Below, one piece after another: positions 1-8,982 of a stretch of 38,860 nt of DNA (position 1 is the first letter of the stretch; the number at the start of each line of letters is the position of its first letter). Below the pieces are notes generated by a model, which had not been told where the DNA came from, searched no databases, and saw nothing but the letters and a program-made list of their open reading frames with translations. The position numbers and the translations under genes are program-made. Source of the stretch: a virus (Duplodnaviria > Caudoviricetes); IMG/VR virus record IMGVR_UViG_3300011438_000156, positions 1 through 38,860 of that record; one strand, 5' to 3'.

Positions 1-33
1 ACCTCCGCCAGATCTAGGATCACCCTTTGCCAT
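1..33 (-). CDS. Partial CDS running off the window edge (MAKGDPRSGGG...)
   Basis: ATG at 33-31 lies 1 nt after the TAA of the upstream gene; frame is open to position 1. Confidence 0.55.
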   Translation of the reverse strand, partial: MAKGDPRSGGG

Positions 34-34
34 A

Positions 35-325
35 TTATTTCACCGAGAAGATAACCTTCGCTCCGACTTTATTATCGCCAGTCCACTCATGTTCAAATAC
101 TCCATTGAATTTAACAGAAAATGTTTCTTTGTTAATCCAACTAACTGCTACAATAGCTTTAGCACCTTGCTCATCAACTATACCAACAAATGTAAGCTTA
201 TCATCAGGATTAATATCACCAGATTCAATAGACTTCTTTACAACAGACGTTATAAATTCTTCGGTAAATACTTTAGGTTTATTAAGAGACCAATCATTCC
301 CTTCAGGTTCAACAAAACTACCCAT
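35..325 (-). CDS. Hypothetical protein, 96 aa
   Basis: Co-oriented ORF overlapping the end of its upstream neighbour in a tightly packed operon. Confidence 0.75.
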   Translation of the reverse strand: MGSFVEPEGNDWSLNKPKVFTEEFITSVVKKSIESGDINPDDKLTFVGIVDEQGAKAIVAVSWINKETFSVKFNGVFEHEWTGDNKVGAKVIFSVK

Positions 326-512
326 TATAGCTGTCCAAATATTCCTTAGCTTCTTTTCTTAATGCTAAAATAGATTCTCTTGATTCAGATTTAAATCCAC
401 CTAACCCATCTGGATATTGCATCATACCACCATTAGCCCAGGCAACAAACCATCCAAATGCTTCGTCTGGCATTGTAGCTAATGTTAATAAAAGTTTTAA
501 TCTATTATCCAA
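318..512 (-). CDS. Hypothetical protein, 64 aa
   Basis: Overlaps both neighbours by 8 nt, typical of translational coupling. Confidence 0.7.
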   Translation of the reverse strand: MDNRLKLLLTLATMPDEAFGWFVAWANGGMMQYPDGLGGFKSESRESILALRKEAKEYLDSYNG

Positions 513-1146
513 AATAATTATCCATTGGAATTTTCAAAGATTCACAGAGTTCACGTTTAACACGTTCTAATGCACCCTGTTCACCTAATGGTTTACCTTC
601 TGGTCCCATATAACAATTATGAAAATATCTACCAGCCCAAACAGAAACATCGAAATCAGCACCTTGTGGTCTACGTTCATAATCATGCTTTAACATATTT
701 TTTAATCGTTGAAATCCATTTTCATTATAACTAACCCAAGGAACTGTATTAGGCACTGAATTACCTCCACCTCCACTATTAGGTTTCTCTAACCAATCAG
801 AATCTTTATATCTAGCAATATCTACACTCCAACCAGATGCAGGAGGTTGATGATCTGAATTATATGGAGGTTTAGATTCAGCATTAGCAATAATATCTAC
901 TGCTTGATATAACTTATCTGGCCCAACAGGTTCTTTATAAAAAAATGCATCATTAGCATGACCATTATATTGAGTAGCACTACCAGACTTCTTTAAATGC
1001 CCAACCTTATCAAATCCTTTATTTCGAGCTTCTTCTACAAATGCTTCTGTATATAAACCACAACCAGAATTTTCAGTTAAATCAAATTCATCAGCCCTGG
1101 CTATGAAGAAATTATTTGCTAAAACGCGAAGTTCATTTGGAATCAT
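505..1146 (-). CDS. Putative papain-fold (CHAP/NlpC-like) hydrolase with a C-terminal domain, in the lysis cluster
   Basis: SGCGLYT ... NGHAND ... VDII gives a candidate Cys-His-Asp set; Gly linker NSGGGGNS separates two domains; lies next to holin candidate and endolysin. Confidence 0.45.
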   Translation of the reverse strand: MIPNELRVLANNFFIARADEFDLTENSGCGLYTEAFVEEARNKGFDKVGHLKKSGSATQYNGHANDAFFYKEPVGPDKLYQAVDIIANAESKPPYNSDHQPPASGWSVDIARYKDSDWLEKPNSGGGGNSVPNTVPWVSYNENGFQRLKNMLKHDYERRPQGADFDVSVWAGRYFHNCYMGPEGKPLGEQGALERVKRELCESLKIPMDNYFG

Positions 1147-1391
1147 AATCCTCCATTTTTGACAGCTAAAACAGATGCTATTTCTCTTTTCTCTGCTGCA
1201 TGTTCTCTTAACATTATATTTTCTCTTTGTAGAGATTCAATTTTAGCATTATCAGAACTTTTTTGACCATTCACATGAGCTTCAATCATAGCTAACTTTT
1301 TACCAGTAAAATAAGACGTAAGAGTTTTTTCTATAACTACACCAATAGTAGTTATTATTAATGCAACAGCAGTTGGACTCCACTCTCCCAT
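1143..1391 (-). CDS. Putative holin or other lysis membrane protein
   Basis: N-terminal hydrophobic helix AVALIITTIGVVI followed by a coiled coil; directly downstream of the endolysin. Confidence 0.5.
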   Translation of the reverse strand: MGEWSPTAVALIITTIGVVIEKTLTSYFTGKKLAMIEAHVNGQKSSDNAKIESLQRENIMLREHAAEKREIASVLAVKNGGL

Positions 1392-1392
1392 T

Positions 1393-1731
1393 TCATCTCC
1401 ACTCTTTTTCGGTCATTTCGTAATGATTCCCATCTTTCCATCTGCCACCCCATCTACATAATTTATGTTGTTTTTCCCAATATTCTCCAAGTAATCTATG
1501 TGACTCAGTTGAAGATAAGAATCTACCATCTTTAAATAAATTAAAATCTTGAGCTAATTTTTTAATATGTAGACTATTTTGAATCCCAACACCAAGTTTA
1601 GCTAATCTTTTAGCCTCTTCAGGACTTCTCCAAGCTTCACCATCAGTTAATTCATATCCGTGATCATAAGCAAATACAATTAACTTGGCTTTTAACCTAA
1701 CGAATAATGATTGTGTTTGTCTTAATGTCAC
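1393..1731 (-). CDS. Endolysin, peptidase M15 family (L-Ala-D-Glu peptidase-like)
   Basis: SLHIKKLAQD (SxHxxxxAxD), RWGGRW and DGNHYE Zn-peptidase motifs; start reassigned to GTG at 1731, just after the upstream stop. Confidence 0.88.
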   Translation of the reverse strand: MTLRQTQSLFVRLKAKLIVFAYDHGYELTDGEAWRSPEEAKRLAKLGVGIQNSLHIKKLAQDFNLFKDGRFLSSTESHRLLGEYWEKQHKLCRWGGRWKDGNHYEMTEKEWR

Positions 1732-1732
1732 C

Positions 1733-2686
1733 TTAAGTCTTTCTACAGAAAATAACACGAATAAATGCAGAACGATTATCAAATTGTGTTCCAGTAAATG
1801 ATGGTGTATTTATAGTTCCTGTTGCTGTTACTGTATGACCATGTGTTCCTAATGCACTACCTGTAAAGATTGGAGCTGTAATTGTTCCTACTGGTGTATA
1901 TGCTCCTATAGTTGGAATTCCAGCAGGCCATGCAATTGTTCCTTGACTAGTAATAGATACTGAACCAGAGGGAGTTCCTGCTGTAATAGCTTGAGATAAT
2001 AATACTGCTTGTGCAGTTGTTTGAGCAGCATTAGTTAATGACCTAACACCAGCTATACTAGTTCCAGTTCCATAACCTGCTGTTACTCTAGGAGTGGTTC
2101 CACCATGAAATGGTAATTCGTGTGCATGAGTAGCTAAAGCATTACCAGTAAATGATGCGGTAGTTCCAGTATGTGTAGGCACTCCAGCAGGCCAAGCTAT
2201 AGCTGGAGCAGACCAGGCATTACCTGTAAATGATAAACTATTAATAGTTCCGGCAGGCGTTCCAGCTGAAACATTATTAGTTGATGCACTAGAACCAGTA
2301 AATGCTAATGCACTATTAGTTCCAGCAGGAGTAATATTATCATTACCAGCAGTAGTTCCCACATTACCATTAGCTGCTAGTGTTCCTACTAATGTAATAC
2401 CATTTAACTCTGTAGCTTCATCAAATCCAGCAGGACATGAAGTAAGAGTTATAGTTATTAATCCAGCAGGTAATCCTCCACCACTAGCGGGTATAGGTTG
2501 TATTAAAGTCCAAGTATTAAGTGTAGTGCATTGATATATACCAATAGAGCCACTAGTTAATATAAATACATCACCTACTTGACAATATATTGGAATTGTA
2601 TTTCCAGTAGATACACCTTTTCTTTCTTGAGCTTCTGCAGTTATTGATAATAATACTGCTATTGTTACAATAATATTTTTAAACAT
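1733..2686 (-). CDS. Tail collar / fibre-like protein with an N-terminal signal peptide
   Basis: LPAGLITITLTSCPAGF..LNGITLVG resembles the tail collar domain; HAH and HGH His-x-His motifs; repeated FTG and IAWPAG units; C-terminus DNRSAFIRVIFCRK. Confidence 0.65.
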   Translation of the reverse strand: MFKNIIVTIAVLLSITAEAQERKGVSTGNTIPIYCQVGDVFILTSGSIGIYQCTTLNTWTLIQPIPASGGGLPAGLITITLTSCPAGFDEATELNGITLVGTLAANGNVGTTAGNDNITPAGTNSALAFTGSSASTNNVSAGTPAGTINSLSFTGNAWSAPAIAWPAGVPTHTGTTASFTGNALATHAHELPFHGGTTPRVTAGYGTGTSIAGVRSLTNAAQTTAQAVLLSQAITAGTPSGSVSITSQGTIAWPAGIPTIGAYTPVGTITAPIFTGSALGTHGHTVTATGTINTPSFTGTQFDNRSAFIRVIFCRKT

Positions 2687-3810
2687 TATGGCATCCTAGC
2701 TGTATGCACGTAGAAAACAATAACACCTGTTGATAAATTAGTTGCAGCACCAGTTCCAATATTTCCAGTTCCTGAAGTTAACCGTAATGACAAGATAGTT
2801 GGAGATGCCCATGATGGTAAATATCCACCCTGAATCATAGTAGCACGAGTCATATTAGCGCCTAAATCAGCATCAGCTAAACCACGTTGTATTAATGCAG
2901 CATCAGCATCGAAAGTTAAGAAAATATTAGTGGCACCAGCAGAAGTTCCTAAAGTAAATGATAAAGTTGTAGATGTGCATGTAGCTGAACATGCAAATAC
3001 TGTAGTTAAATCAGCATATACAGAAAGAATTCTAGTCTTAGCTGGAATTGTTCCAATAGTTACATCTGCTGTTGTAGCCGCAGCAATAAAATTAGTTCTA
3101 TCAATTGTTACTTTATATATCTGGTCATTAAGATTACCAGAATTACCAGCAACAGTTATACCTGTTCCACTTCCATTAGTGATTTGAGCATCAGTTGCAG
3201 CTAATGTAGCAGCACCAAAAGAGGTATTACTACCTCCATCTGCTCTCATTGCTATTAAACTGACACCACTGCGAACTAATGCAGGAAAAGATGAAGTAGT
3301 TCCTCCAAATTGTAGTCTAGTAAAATCTGTTTCACCATTATTTGATAATTTAATTACACCATCTGATGCTGAGTTAATTTTACTACGTGAAGCCCATGAT
3401 AGAGAAGATGCAGACGCAAGTTCTAATCCAGTAGAAGTTAAAGTGCTAATAGTAGCTCCACTAATACAATTTAAAATAGAAGGAGTAGAAGTAAAGGCAA
3501 TACCTGTAGTAGCTCCACCACTTAATCCTAATGATGGAGCAGCACAAGTAGAAGCAGGAATAGCTTGTGGATATGTAGGAGTAACAGTTCCAGTTAATAC
3601 TACTTGGAGTGCTCTACCAGCATCAGTTTTTAATATCCTTGATGCAAATATTCCTTGAGTAACAGGATTAGTTTGAGTAGCACTAGTGACTAATAAATAT
3701 CCATTTGCATCTGTTTTAACAATTAAAGTAGAAGGAGTTCCACTACTTTGGGTTAAAACTATAGTTCCAAGAACTAAAATTAGTAAAGTTGTTGAGATAA
3801 ATTTTCTCAT
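2686..3810 (-). CDS. Thr/Ser/Gly-rich virion accessory (fibre or decoration-like) protein with an N-terminal signal peptide
   Basis: MRKFISTTLLILVLGTIVLT-Q leader; KTDA internal repeat; beta-rich C-terminus TIPAKTRILSVY..F..LGT. Confidence 0.55.
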   Translation of the reverse strand: MRKFISTTLLILVLGTIVLTQSSGTPSTLIVKTDANGYLLVTSATQTNPVTQGIFASRILKTDAGRALQVVLTGTVTPTYPQAIPASTCAAPSLGLSGGATTGIAFTSTPSILNCISGATISTLTSTGLELASASSLSWASRSKINSASDGVIKLSNNGETDFTRLQFGGTTSSFPALVRSGVSLIAMRADGGSNTSFGAATLAATDAQITNGSGTGITVAGNSGNLNDQIYKVTIDRTNFIAAATTADVTIGTIPAKTRILSVYADLTTVFACSATCTSTTLSFTLGTSAGATNIFLTFDADAALIQRGLADADLGANMTRATMIQGGYLPSWASPTILSLRLTSGTGNIGTGAATNLSTGVIVFYVHTARMP

Positions 3811-3813
3811 AAT

Positions 3814-4188
3814 TTAATTACCCAGGTATGTAGCTGTGAGAGTTCCACCAGCAATTACAGTGGAAATACGGACACGTAATGCAGTGAATGTGACATTAGA
3901 GAATTGCATTTGTAATTCACCAGCCGCAGCAGGTCCAATATCTGCAGCATCAATAGGTCCACCACCTAAAGGTGCCCATACTCCAGTATAATTAGGATCA
4001 TTACTTGTTTCAATTTGAACTGCTCCCGTTATTGAGGCAGAAGATTTTAAAGTTATAGTATGATTCCTAATTCCTGAAGAAGGACAAACAACTGTTGATT
4101 TTGTTTCATCTACAGTCTGTGCATCTAAAATTAATATCTCTACACCCTTCAACGGAACCGTTGGGTTATAATCTGGTGTAAGTTGCAT
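3814..4188 (-). CDS. Small beta-rich virion protein, 124 aa
   Basis: RBS GAGGAG upstream; VQIETSND..W and LRVRIST pattern of small beta-sandwich phage proteins. Confidence 0.7.
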   Translation of the reverse strand: MQLTPDYNPTVPLKGVEILILDAQTVDETKSTVVCPSSGIRNHTITLKSSASITGAVQIETSNDPNYTGVWAPLGGGPIDAADIGPAAAGELQMQFSNVTFTALRVRISTVIAGGTLTATYLGN

Positions 4189-4197
4189 TTCTTCTCC

Positions 4198-4335
4198 TCA
4201 ATTAGTCAGTAAAGTCAGAGTTAAAGCAAATAATCCACCAGCAATAAGATTAAATTTACCACCAACATTAAAAGTTGCTAATCCAAATAATACTAAAGCT
4301 AATACAATAAGAATTAAATCTAGGTTTGCACTCAT
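4198..4335 (-). CDS. 45-aa two-TM membrane protein, not in the ORF track
   Basis: MSANLDLILIVLALVLFGLATFNVGGKFNLIAGGLFALTLTLLTN; RBS AAGGAG upstream; fills the gap exactly. Confidence 0.8.
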   Translation of the reverse strand: MSANLDLILIVLALVLFGLATFNVGGKFNLIAGGLFALTLTLLTN

Positions 4336-4345
4336 CTTTTCTCCT

Positions 4346-4726
4346 TCAAACATTCACGACTAAAGCTTGGCCTTTTGTTTCTTTAAATCCATATTTTTTT
4401 AAATGTTGTTCCCATTTATCATCTTGAACAAAAGCATGTAGTTGATCAAAACCTTTAGACGCTATAGACATTTTAAAATGATCTAATATAGCAAATAATG
4501 CTCTACGTCGTTCTTCAATATTTATATCTTTATTAGTAATAATTCTTGCTTCAGTAATTAACACAACTTGTCCGCCAACAATAATTTTATCATTATCATC
4601 AGTGACCACTAAAGAGGACAGAGCATTACCAAATAAATCATTAAAAGAAAATTCCTTCTCAAAGAATTTCTCGTGAATTCTTTTCAACTCATTGATATCA
4701 CTAGGATTAAGTCGCCGGGTAATCAT
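4346..4726 (-). CDS. GNAT-fold protein, positional analogue of T7 gp13 / P22 gp14
   Basis: ITRRLNPSD start, LVVTDDNDKIIVGG, QLHAFV ... LKKYGF GNAT pattern; start reassigned to ATG 4726. Confidence 0.6.
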   Translation of the reverse strand: MITRRLNPSDINELKRIHEKFFEKEFSFNDLFGNALSSLVVTDDNDKIIVGGQVVLITEARIITNKDINIEERRRALFAILDHFKMSIASKGFDQLHAFVQDDKWEQHLKKYGFKETKGQALVVNV

Positions 4727-4727
4727 A

Positions 4728-5066
4728 TTACTTAACTGTTTCGACACCATCAACCTTAATAGTTAATCCAGCACCAGAAGCTCCACCAACAAGAAAATCA
4801 GTTGATTCAAAACGATCTTGCATATAATAATCAACAGCAGTATTTGCTGGGACAGAAACATTGTAATACAATTCAGTTCCAGCAGCATTAGCTCCAGTTG
4901 CACCTTTATAAAGTCTAAATGTCAACGCACCAACAGTTGTATTAATAATATGAATACGAGTTATAACACCAAAAAGCAAAGCAGAAGCTGGATTATAAAT
5001 ATTAGTAACATAAGTTCCATTAGCTAATGCTACTGGTCCAGCAAGTGATCTAATTGTTCCTGCCAT
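4728..5066 (-). CDS. Small beta-sandwich virion protein, 112 aa
   Basis: RBS GGAGG; IYNPAS..ITRIHIINT..VSVPAN..VDGVE pattern of tail-region proteins. Confidence 0.7.
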   Translation of the reverse strand: MAGTIRSLAGPVALANGTYVTNIYNPASALLFGVITRIHIINTTVGALTFRLYKGATGANAAGTELYYNVSVPANTAVDYYMQDRFESTDFLVGGASGAGLTIKVDGVETVK

Positions 5067-5072
5067 TCTTAT

Positions 5073-6002
5073 CTACCTCCCAAAAACGTAAATTGTTCCA
5101 CCAGTTAAATTACCACCTGCACTACCAAACACTCTAATAGCATTTAAAGGTGTGGTAGTTGGAATAATATAATCTGATGTTGCACTTAAACTTTGAGCAT
5201 AATGTGGACTGCTGCCATTAAAATTTTTAATTTCAGTATAGCAAGTTCTAACAGCAGTTGCATTAGTTGAATGCATAATCATATTCGTTAAATTAGTTCC
5301 AACACCAGTATTAGCTAAACTTTGATAATCACCAGAAGTAGTTAAAAACGTAGCACCATTATCTGTGCTAACTCTTAAAAGTAATGTTCCTGAGATAGCT
5401 TTTGTAATAAATACAGCAAAAACAAATATTTCATTATATGCACTTAAATTAATAAAATCTTCATTTGCAGTAGCTGAACAAGGTCTAGCTTCAATTAATG
5501 TCCAACTATCTCCATCTCTACCTGATGGACCTGGTATTGGAAAACCATCCATACCATCTTCACCATTAAGACCCATTGGTCCTAAAGTTATTGGTCCTTG
5601 TGGTCCATCAATTCCTTGTATTCCTTGTATTCCTTGATTACCTGGAATTGGATATCCGGGTAATCCATCTTCTCCATCTAATCCCATAGGACCAACAGTT
5701 ATAGGACCAGCAGGACCAGGAATATTACTTATTCCATCAGCACCAACAGGACCAGTCTGTCCCGGAACTAAAGGTGCTAATCCATCATCACCGCTATCAA
5801 TAAAAGGATTAATAAACTGTTGTATTTCAGTAAGATTAGTTATTGAAGAACCACCACTACTGCTACCAACAGCTATTGATATCTCTTTTAACCTTTTAAT
5901 TAGTTCTTTAATTACTTCATATAAAGCAGTATCTCTAGAGGTAGTTTGTGAAATATTAAGGCGAGCGAGAAGTTGATCTAAACTATCTGATCTTGTAGCC
6001 AT
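5073..6002 (-). CDS. Collagen-like fibre protein with C-terminal beta domain
   Basis: Interrupted Gly-X-Y runs with a duplicated unit GPITxGPMGLxGEDG..G.PIPG; C-terminus GNLTGGTIYVFGR. Confidence 0.75.
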   Translation of the reverse strand: MATRSDSLDQLLARLNISQTTSRDTALYEVIKELIKRLKEISIAVGSSSGGSSITNLTEIQQFINPFIDSGDDGLAPLVPGQTGPVGADGISNIPGPAGPITVGPMGLDGEDGLPGYPIPGNQGIQGIQGIDGPQGPITLGPMGLNGEDGMDGFPIPGPSGRDGDSWTLIEARPCSATANEDFINLSAYNEIFVFAVFITKAISGTLLLRVSTDNGATFLTTSGDYQSLANTGVGTNLTNMIMHSTNATAVRTCYTEIKNFNGSSPHYAQSLSATSDYIIPTTTPLNAIRVFGSAGGNLTGGTIYVFGR

Positions 6003-6301
6003 TAACCTAATGGATAACCAGAGTAAATTGGTTTAACAAAAACAATAACATCACCAAATGAAAACCATTCATCAATCTCCTCTAATCCAAAATCAACTTG
6101 TATTTTTTGATTTTGAAAATTAGATAAAGTTTCAATTAATTTATCTGTATCTTCTTCTAATGTTACTGAGGCAGACTCATAAAATCTTTTATTATTTTGA
6201 CTAAAAGCAGTAACTGATAGACTTCCATCTCCAATAAAAGTGCCTCTAACTAATCCAAGATGATTAATATGAGCTGAATTAACAGTTTTCGACTTTGGCA
6301 T
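6002..6301 (-). CDS. 99-aa protein resembling the C-terminal beta-sandwich of a tail nozzle
   Basis: TAATG-coupled on both sides; alternating beta pattern ending KIQVDF..WFSFGDVIVFVKP. Confidence 0.55.
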   Translation of the reverse strand: MPKSKTVNSAHINHLGLVRGTFIGDGSLSVTAFSQNNKRFYESASVTLEEDTDKLIETLSNFQNQKIQVDFGLEEIDEWFSFGDVIVFVKPIYSGYPLG

Positions 6302-7446
6302 TAGAAAAATCCAGTTCTAAACCTAGGACGTGGAAACTTTAAATCAATTTCAGTAATAGGAGTAGTTCCTCTATTATAATATGTATCATGCCTTTGACCC
6401 CGAGTTAGCTGATATACTCCAGAACCATCTACTAACTGAACATTATAATTAGCTAGTGGAACCTCTCCAGTGAAAACACTACCTTCTCCAGTTCCAACAA
6501 GCATTAATCGTCTACCACCATATGGAATACCTAAATACTCTGGCATAATAAATCTTAATTCAACATCTGAAAGTGTTAATATTAATCTTCTTGGAATTAG
6601 AATACCACCAGTCCAACCTGGAAAAGGACCAGAATCTTCTTCTTCATCTCTTGTATCCCAATATATCTTAAATCCATCTGGATCAAATAATCCCATACTT
6701 CCAGTAGGACTTTCTAATACAGTTATATCTCCTGGAATTGCATTGGGAGTTCCAGTATTTGTATACTGAAATTGTAAAGTGTTATAAATAGCATATAAAT
6801 AAAAATCACTAATGACAAACTCAGGAGTCAATCCAAATGTAACAGCACTAGAAGTTACAGGGACTTCTATACCAAAAGTTTTCATTAATTGTAAAATACT
6901 CCAATGCGTAAAGAAACTAGGGATAATTGCACCAGCTCCAAACGCAGGAGTAGTTTGTCCACCCCAACTACCAGTTAAAGCCATAGTATTATAAGTAGAA
7001 CCAAAAAATTTCCAGTTTATACTTCCAATATCTCTTTCTCTAGCTGCATCAAATCGACCTAAACCATCCCACCATAATGCGGCTTGATTAATAGATAATC
7101 CTGCTGGAAAATCAGCATCTGTAAAATTTAGTGTAGCATCTGGTGGATCACTTAATGAGCTAGCAAAAAATTGTATACCTGTATGAGAAGGACTAAAGCT
7201 TAATTCATATGTATTTACACCAGGAGCATAAACACCACTACCACCTGGAGATTCAAAATCTCTACGAAAACAAGGTGCTACTGCATCATTAACTACTCTA
7301 GCAGCAAAATATGCTTGTAAATCAGCTTGCGGTCTAGTAGGCATAGGTGGAACATCAGAATTTAATGACCACCCATTTAATGCCTGAACAATAGTTACTT
7401 GATCTGGATAAATCTTAATAAATCCTTGCGGTGGTGGGACAGCCAT
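6301..7446 (-). CDS. Tail-associated protein, 381 aa, with a nozzle-like C-terminal segment
   Basis: Long ORF abutting the nozzle gene; ends DGSGVYQL..HD..RFRTGFF. Confidence 0.6.
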   Translation of the reverse strand: MAVPPPQGFIKIYPDQVTIVQALNGWSLNSDVPPMPTRPQADLQAYFAARVVNDAVAPCFRRDFESPGGSGVYAPGVNTYELSFSPSHTGIQFFASSLSDPPDATLNFTDADFPAGLSINQAALWWDGLGRFDAARERDIGSINWKFFGSTYNTMALTGSWGGQTTPAFGAGAIIPSFFTHWSILQLMKTFGIEVPVTSSAVTFGLTPEFVISDFYLYAIYNTLQFQYTNTGTPNAIPGDITVLESPTGSMGLFDPDGFKIYWDTRDEEEDSGPFPGWTGGILIPRRLILTLSDVELRFIMPEYLGIPYGGRRLMLVGTGEGSVFTGEVPLANYNVQLVDGSGVYQLTRGQRHDTYYNRGTTPITEIDLKFPRPRFRTGFF

Positions 7447-8982
7447 TTAAGTTATACCTATGTTTGGGTTGTCCATGCCAACAATAACGTCATCAATATT
7501 AACAACCATAATATAATTGACGATGACGTAGAATGATTGAGGAGACCAACAAATATTTTTATGATCTAATCCGTCGGCGTAGTCTCCAATTAACAATCTA
7601 CCATCAGGTAAAACAATGTAAATTAATTTTGTTGTAGGAACAATAATTAATTGAATACGTCTAAATAGATTCCTATCTTGATCCTTCCACAAACTACTTA
7701 TCTTATATGATAATTCTGGAAACATAAATTTACCATTAAATATCATTACCCCACCAAAATTAGCTACAATTAGAAAATCAACAGTAGTTCCACCAGAATC
7801 TAATACAGTAACAATACCATGAACAGGCCATCCTTGACCGCTATCAATTACAATAGGAACCCAACTAGATGGAACATCACCATTATCAACATATCCAATT
7901 ACTTTAGTTCTTCTACCTACGTAGAGAACATCACGTAATTCTTGTGAACAAGTTAAAGGACTACTTTCTGGAGTGAGAGTTAATAACCCATCAATTTGAT
8001 TAATTGCTTCTGGTTCACCAGGATTTGATACCAAACAAAGATTAATATCATCAAAAGTTGTATTTAAAACTAAACGATCTTTATAAATATTTAAACCACA
8101 TCCAGCTGGAATAGATGAATAATTATCAAATAAATGAGAAGCATCTTCAAGAAGTTCTGCATCATAGAAGCTAATATTAGCTAGAACAGTAGTAACATTA
8201 TCATTAATGACTGCACCAGGAATGTAAAATAAATCATATCCTTCCAAATTACCATTAAAACCTGTAATACTTATACTTGCTACAATATGTCTTTTAATCC
8301 ATTGTGCTCCAACAAAAACTGGAATATTTGAGAAACTAACAGAAAGAGCTGAACCAGTCGTAAATGTATTTAAAGCTATTGGAGGACTTAGATAACCAGT
8401 ATCAGTTTCACCTACAACTCCAAATATTTTTAAACCAGCATCAGTATGACCAGCAGCTCCATTAGCAATAGTTAATGTTCCAGCAGGAGTAGAACCAGCA
8501 GCTTTTCTAGCAGCTACTCCAGCACCTAAATAAACATAAAGAAATTCATTTTGTAATCCTTTTTGAATATTAATATCACCAGTTTGAAATGTTCCAAATG
8601 GACATATATAACCTCTTCCAGCATAAGGAACAAAAGCAAAATCAGTCATTCCAGCTTTAGTTAATATTGGTCCAAAAACAGTTCCAGTTCCATCATTAAC
8701 TATATGATAAATTTCACCATTTCCTGTTGTTTCATTCTCAACTAAAATAATTTCGTCATTAGATGTTAAACGAGGGAAATTATATCCTCTTTTAATGTTC
8801 TTTAAAGGAGCAACCACAGTTTGACTAATAGCAATACCTGGTCTATTAGTCCAATCTTTACCATCTCGAACTATATTATTAGCTCTCTCAAAATGATCTA
8901 ATGGAACATTTTCAGGATCTCCTCTTTGCCAAAGTCCTTTAAATGGTCCCATTGGTAATGGAGCATGATCTCTTACGCTCAT
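7447..8982 (-). CDS. Tail nozzle / hub protein (T7 gp12- or P22 gp10-like beta-propeller)
   Basis: FKGLW..ANNI..RPG N-terminus, YKDRLVL..VSNPGEPE, GWPVHGIV blades; follows the adaptor gene; start reassigned to ATG 8982 (ATGA overlap). Confidence 0.65.
   Translation of the reverse strand: MSVRDHAPLPMGPFKGLWQRGDPENVPLDHFERANNIVRDGKDWTNRPGIAISQTVVAPLKNIKRGYNFPRLTSNDEIILVENETTGNGEIYHIVNDGTGTVFGPILTKAGMTDFAFVPYAGRGYICPFGTFQTGDINIQKGLQNEFLYVYLGAGVAARKAAGSTPAGTLTIANGAAGHTDAGLKIFGVVGETDTGYLSPPIALNTFTTGSALSVSFSNIPVFVGAQWIKRHIVASISITGFNGNLEGYDLFYIPGAVINDNVTTVLANISFYDAELLEDASHLFDNYSSIPAGCGLNIYKDRLVLNTTFDDINLCLVSNPGEPEAINQIDGLLTLTPESSPLTCSQELRDVLYVGRRTKVIGYVDNGDVPSSWVPIVIDSGQGWPVHGIVTVLDSGGTTVDFLIVANFGGVMIFNGKFMFPELSYKISSLWKDQDRNLFRRIQLIIVPTTKLIYIVLPDGRLLIGDYADGLDHKNICWSPQSFYVIVNYIMVVNIDDVIVGMDNPNIGIT

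Noticed and set aside
1733-2686. Internal repeats as DGR template and variable repeats
   Set aside because: The repeats are short, protein-level and not adenine-specific; no reverse transcriptase is present
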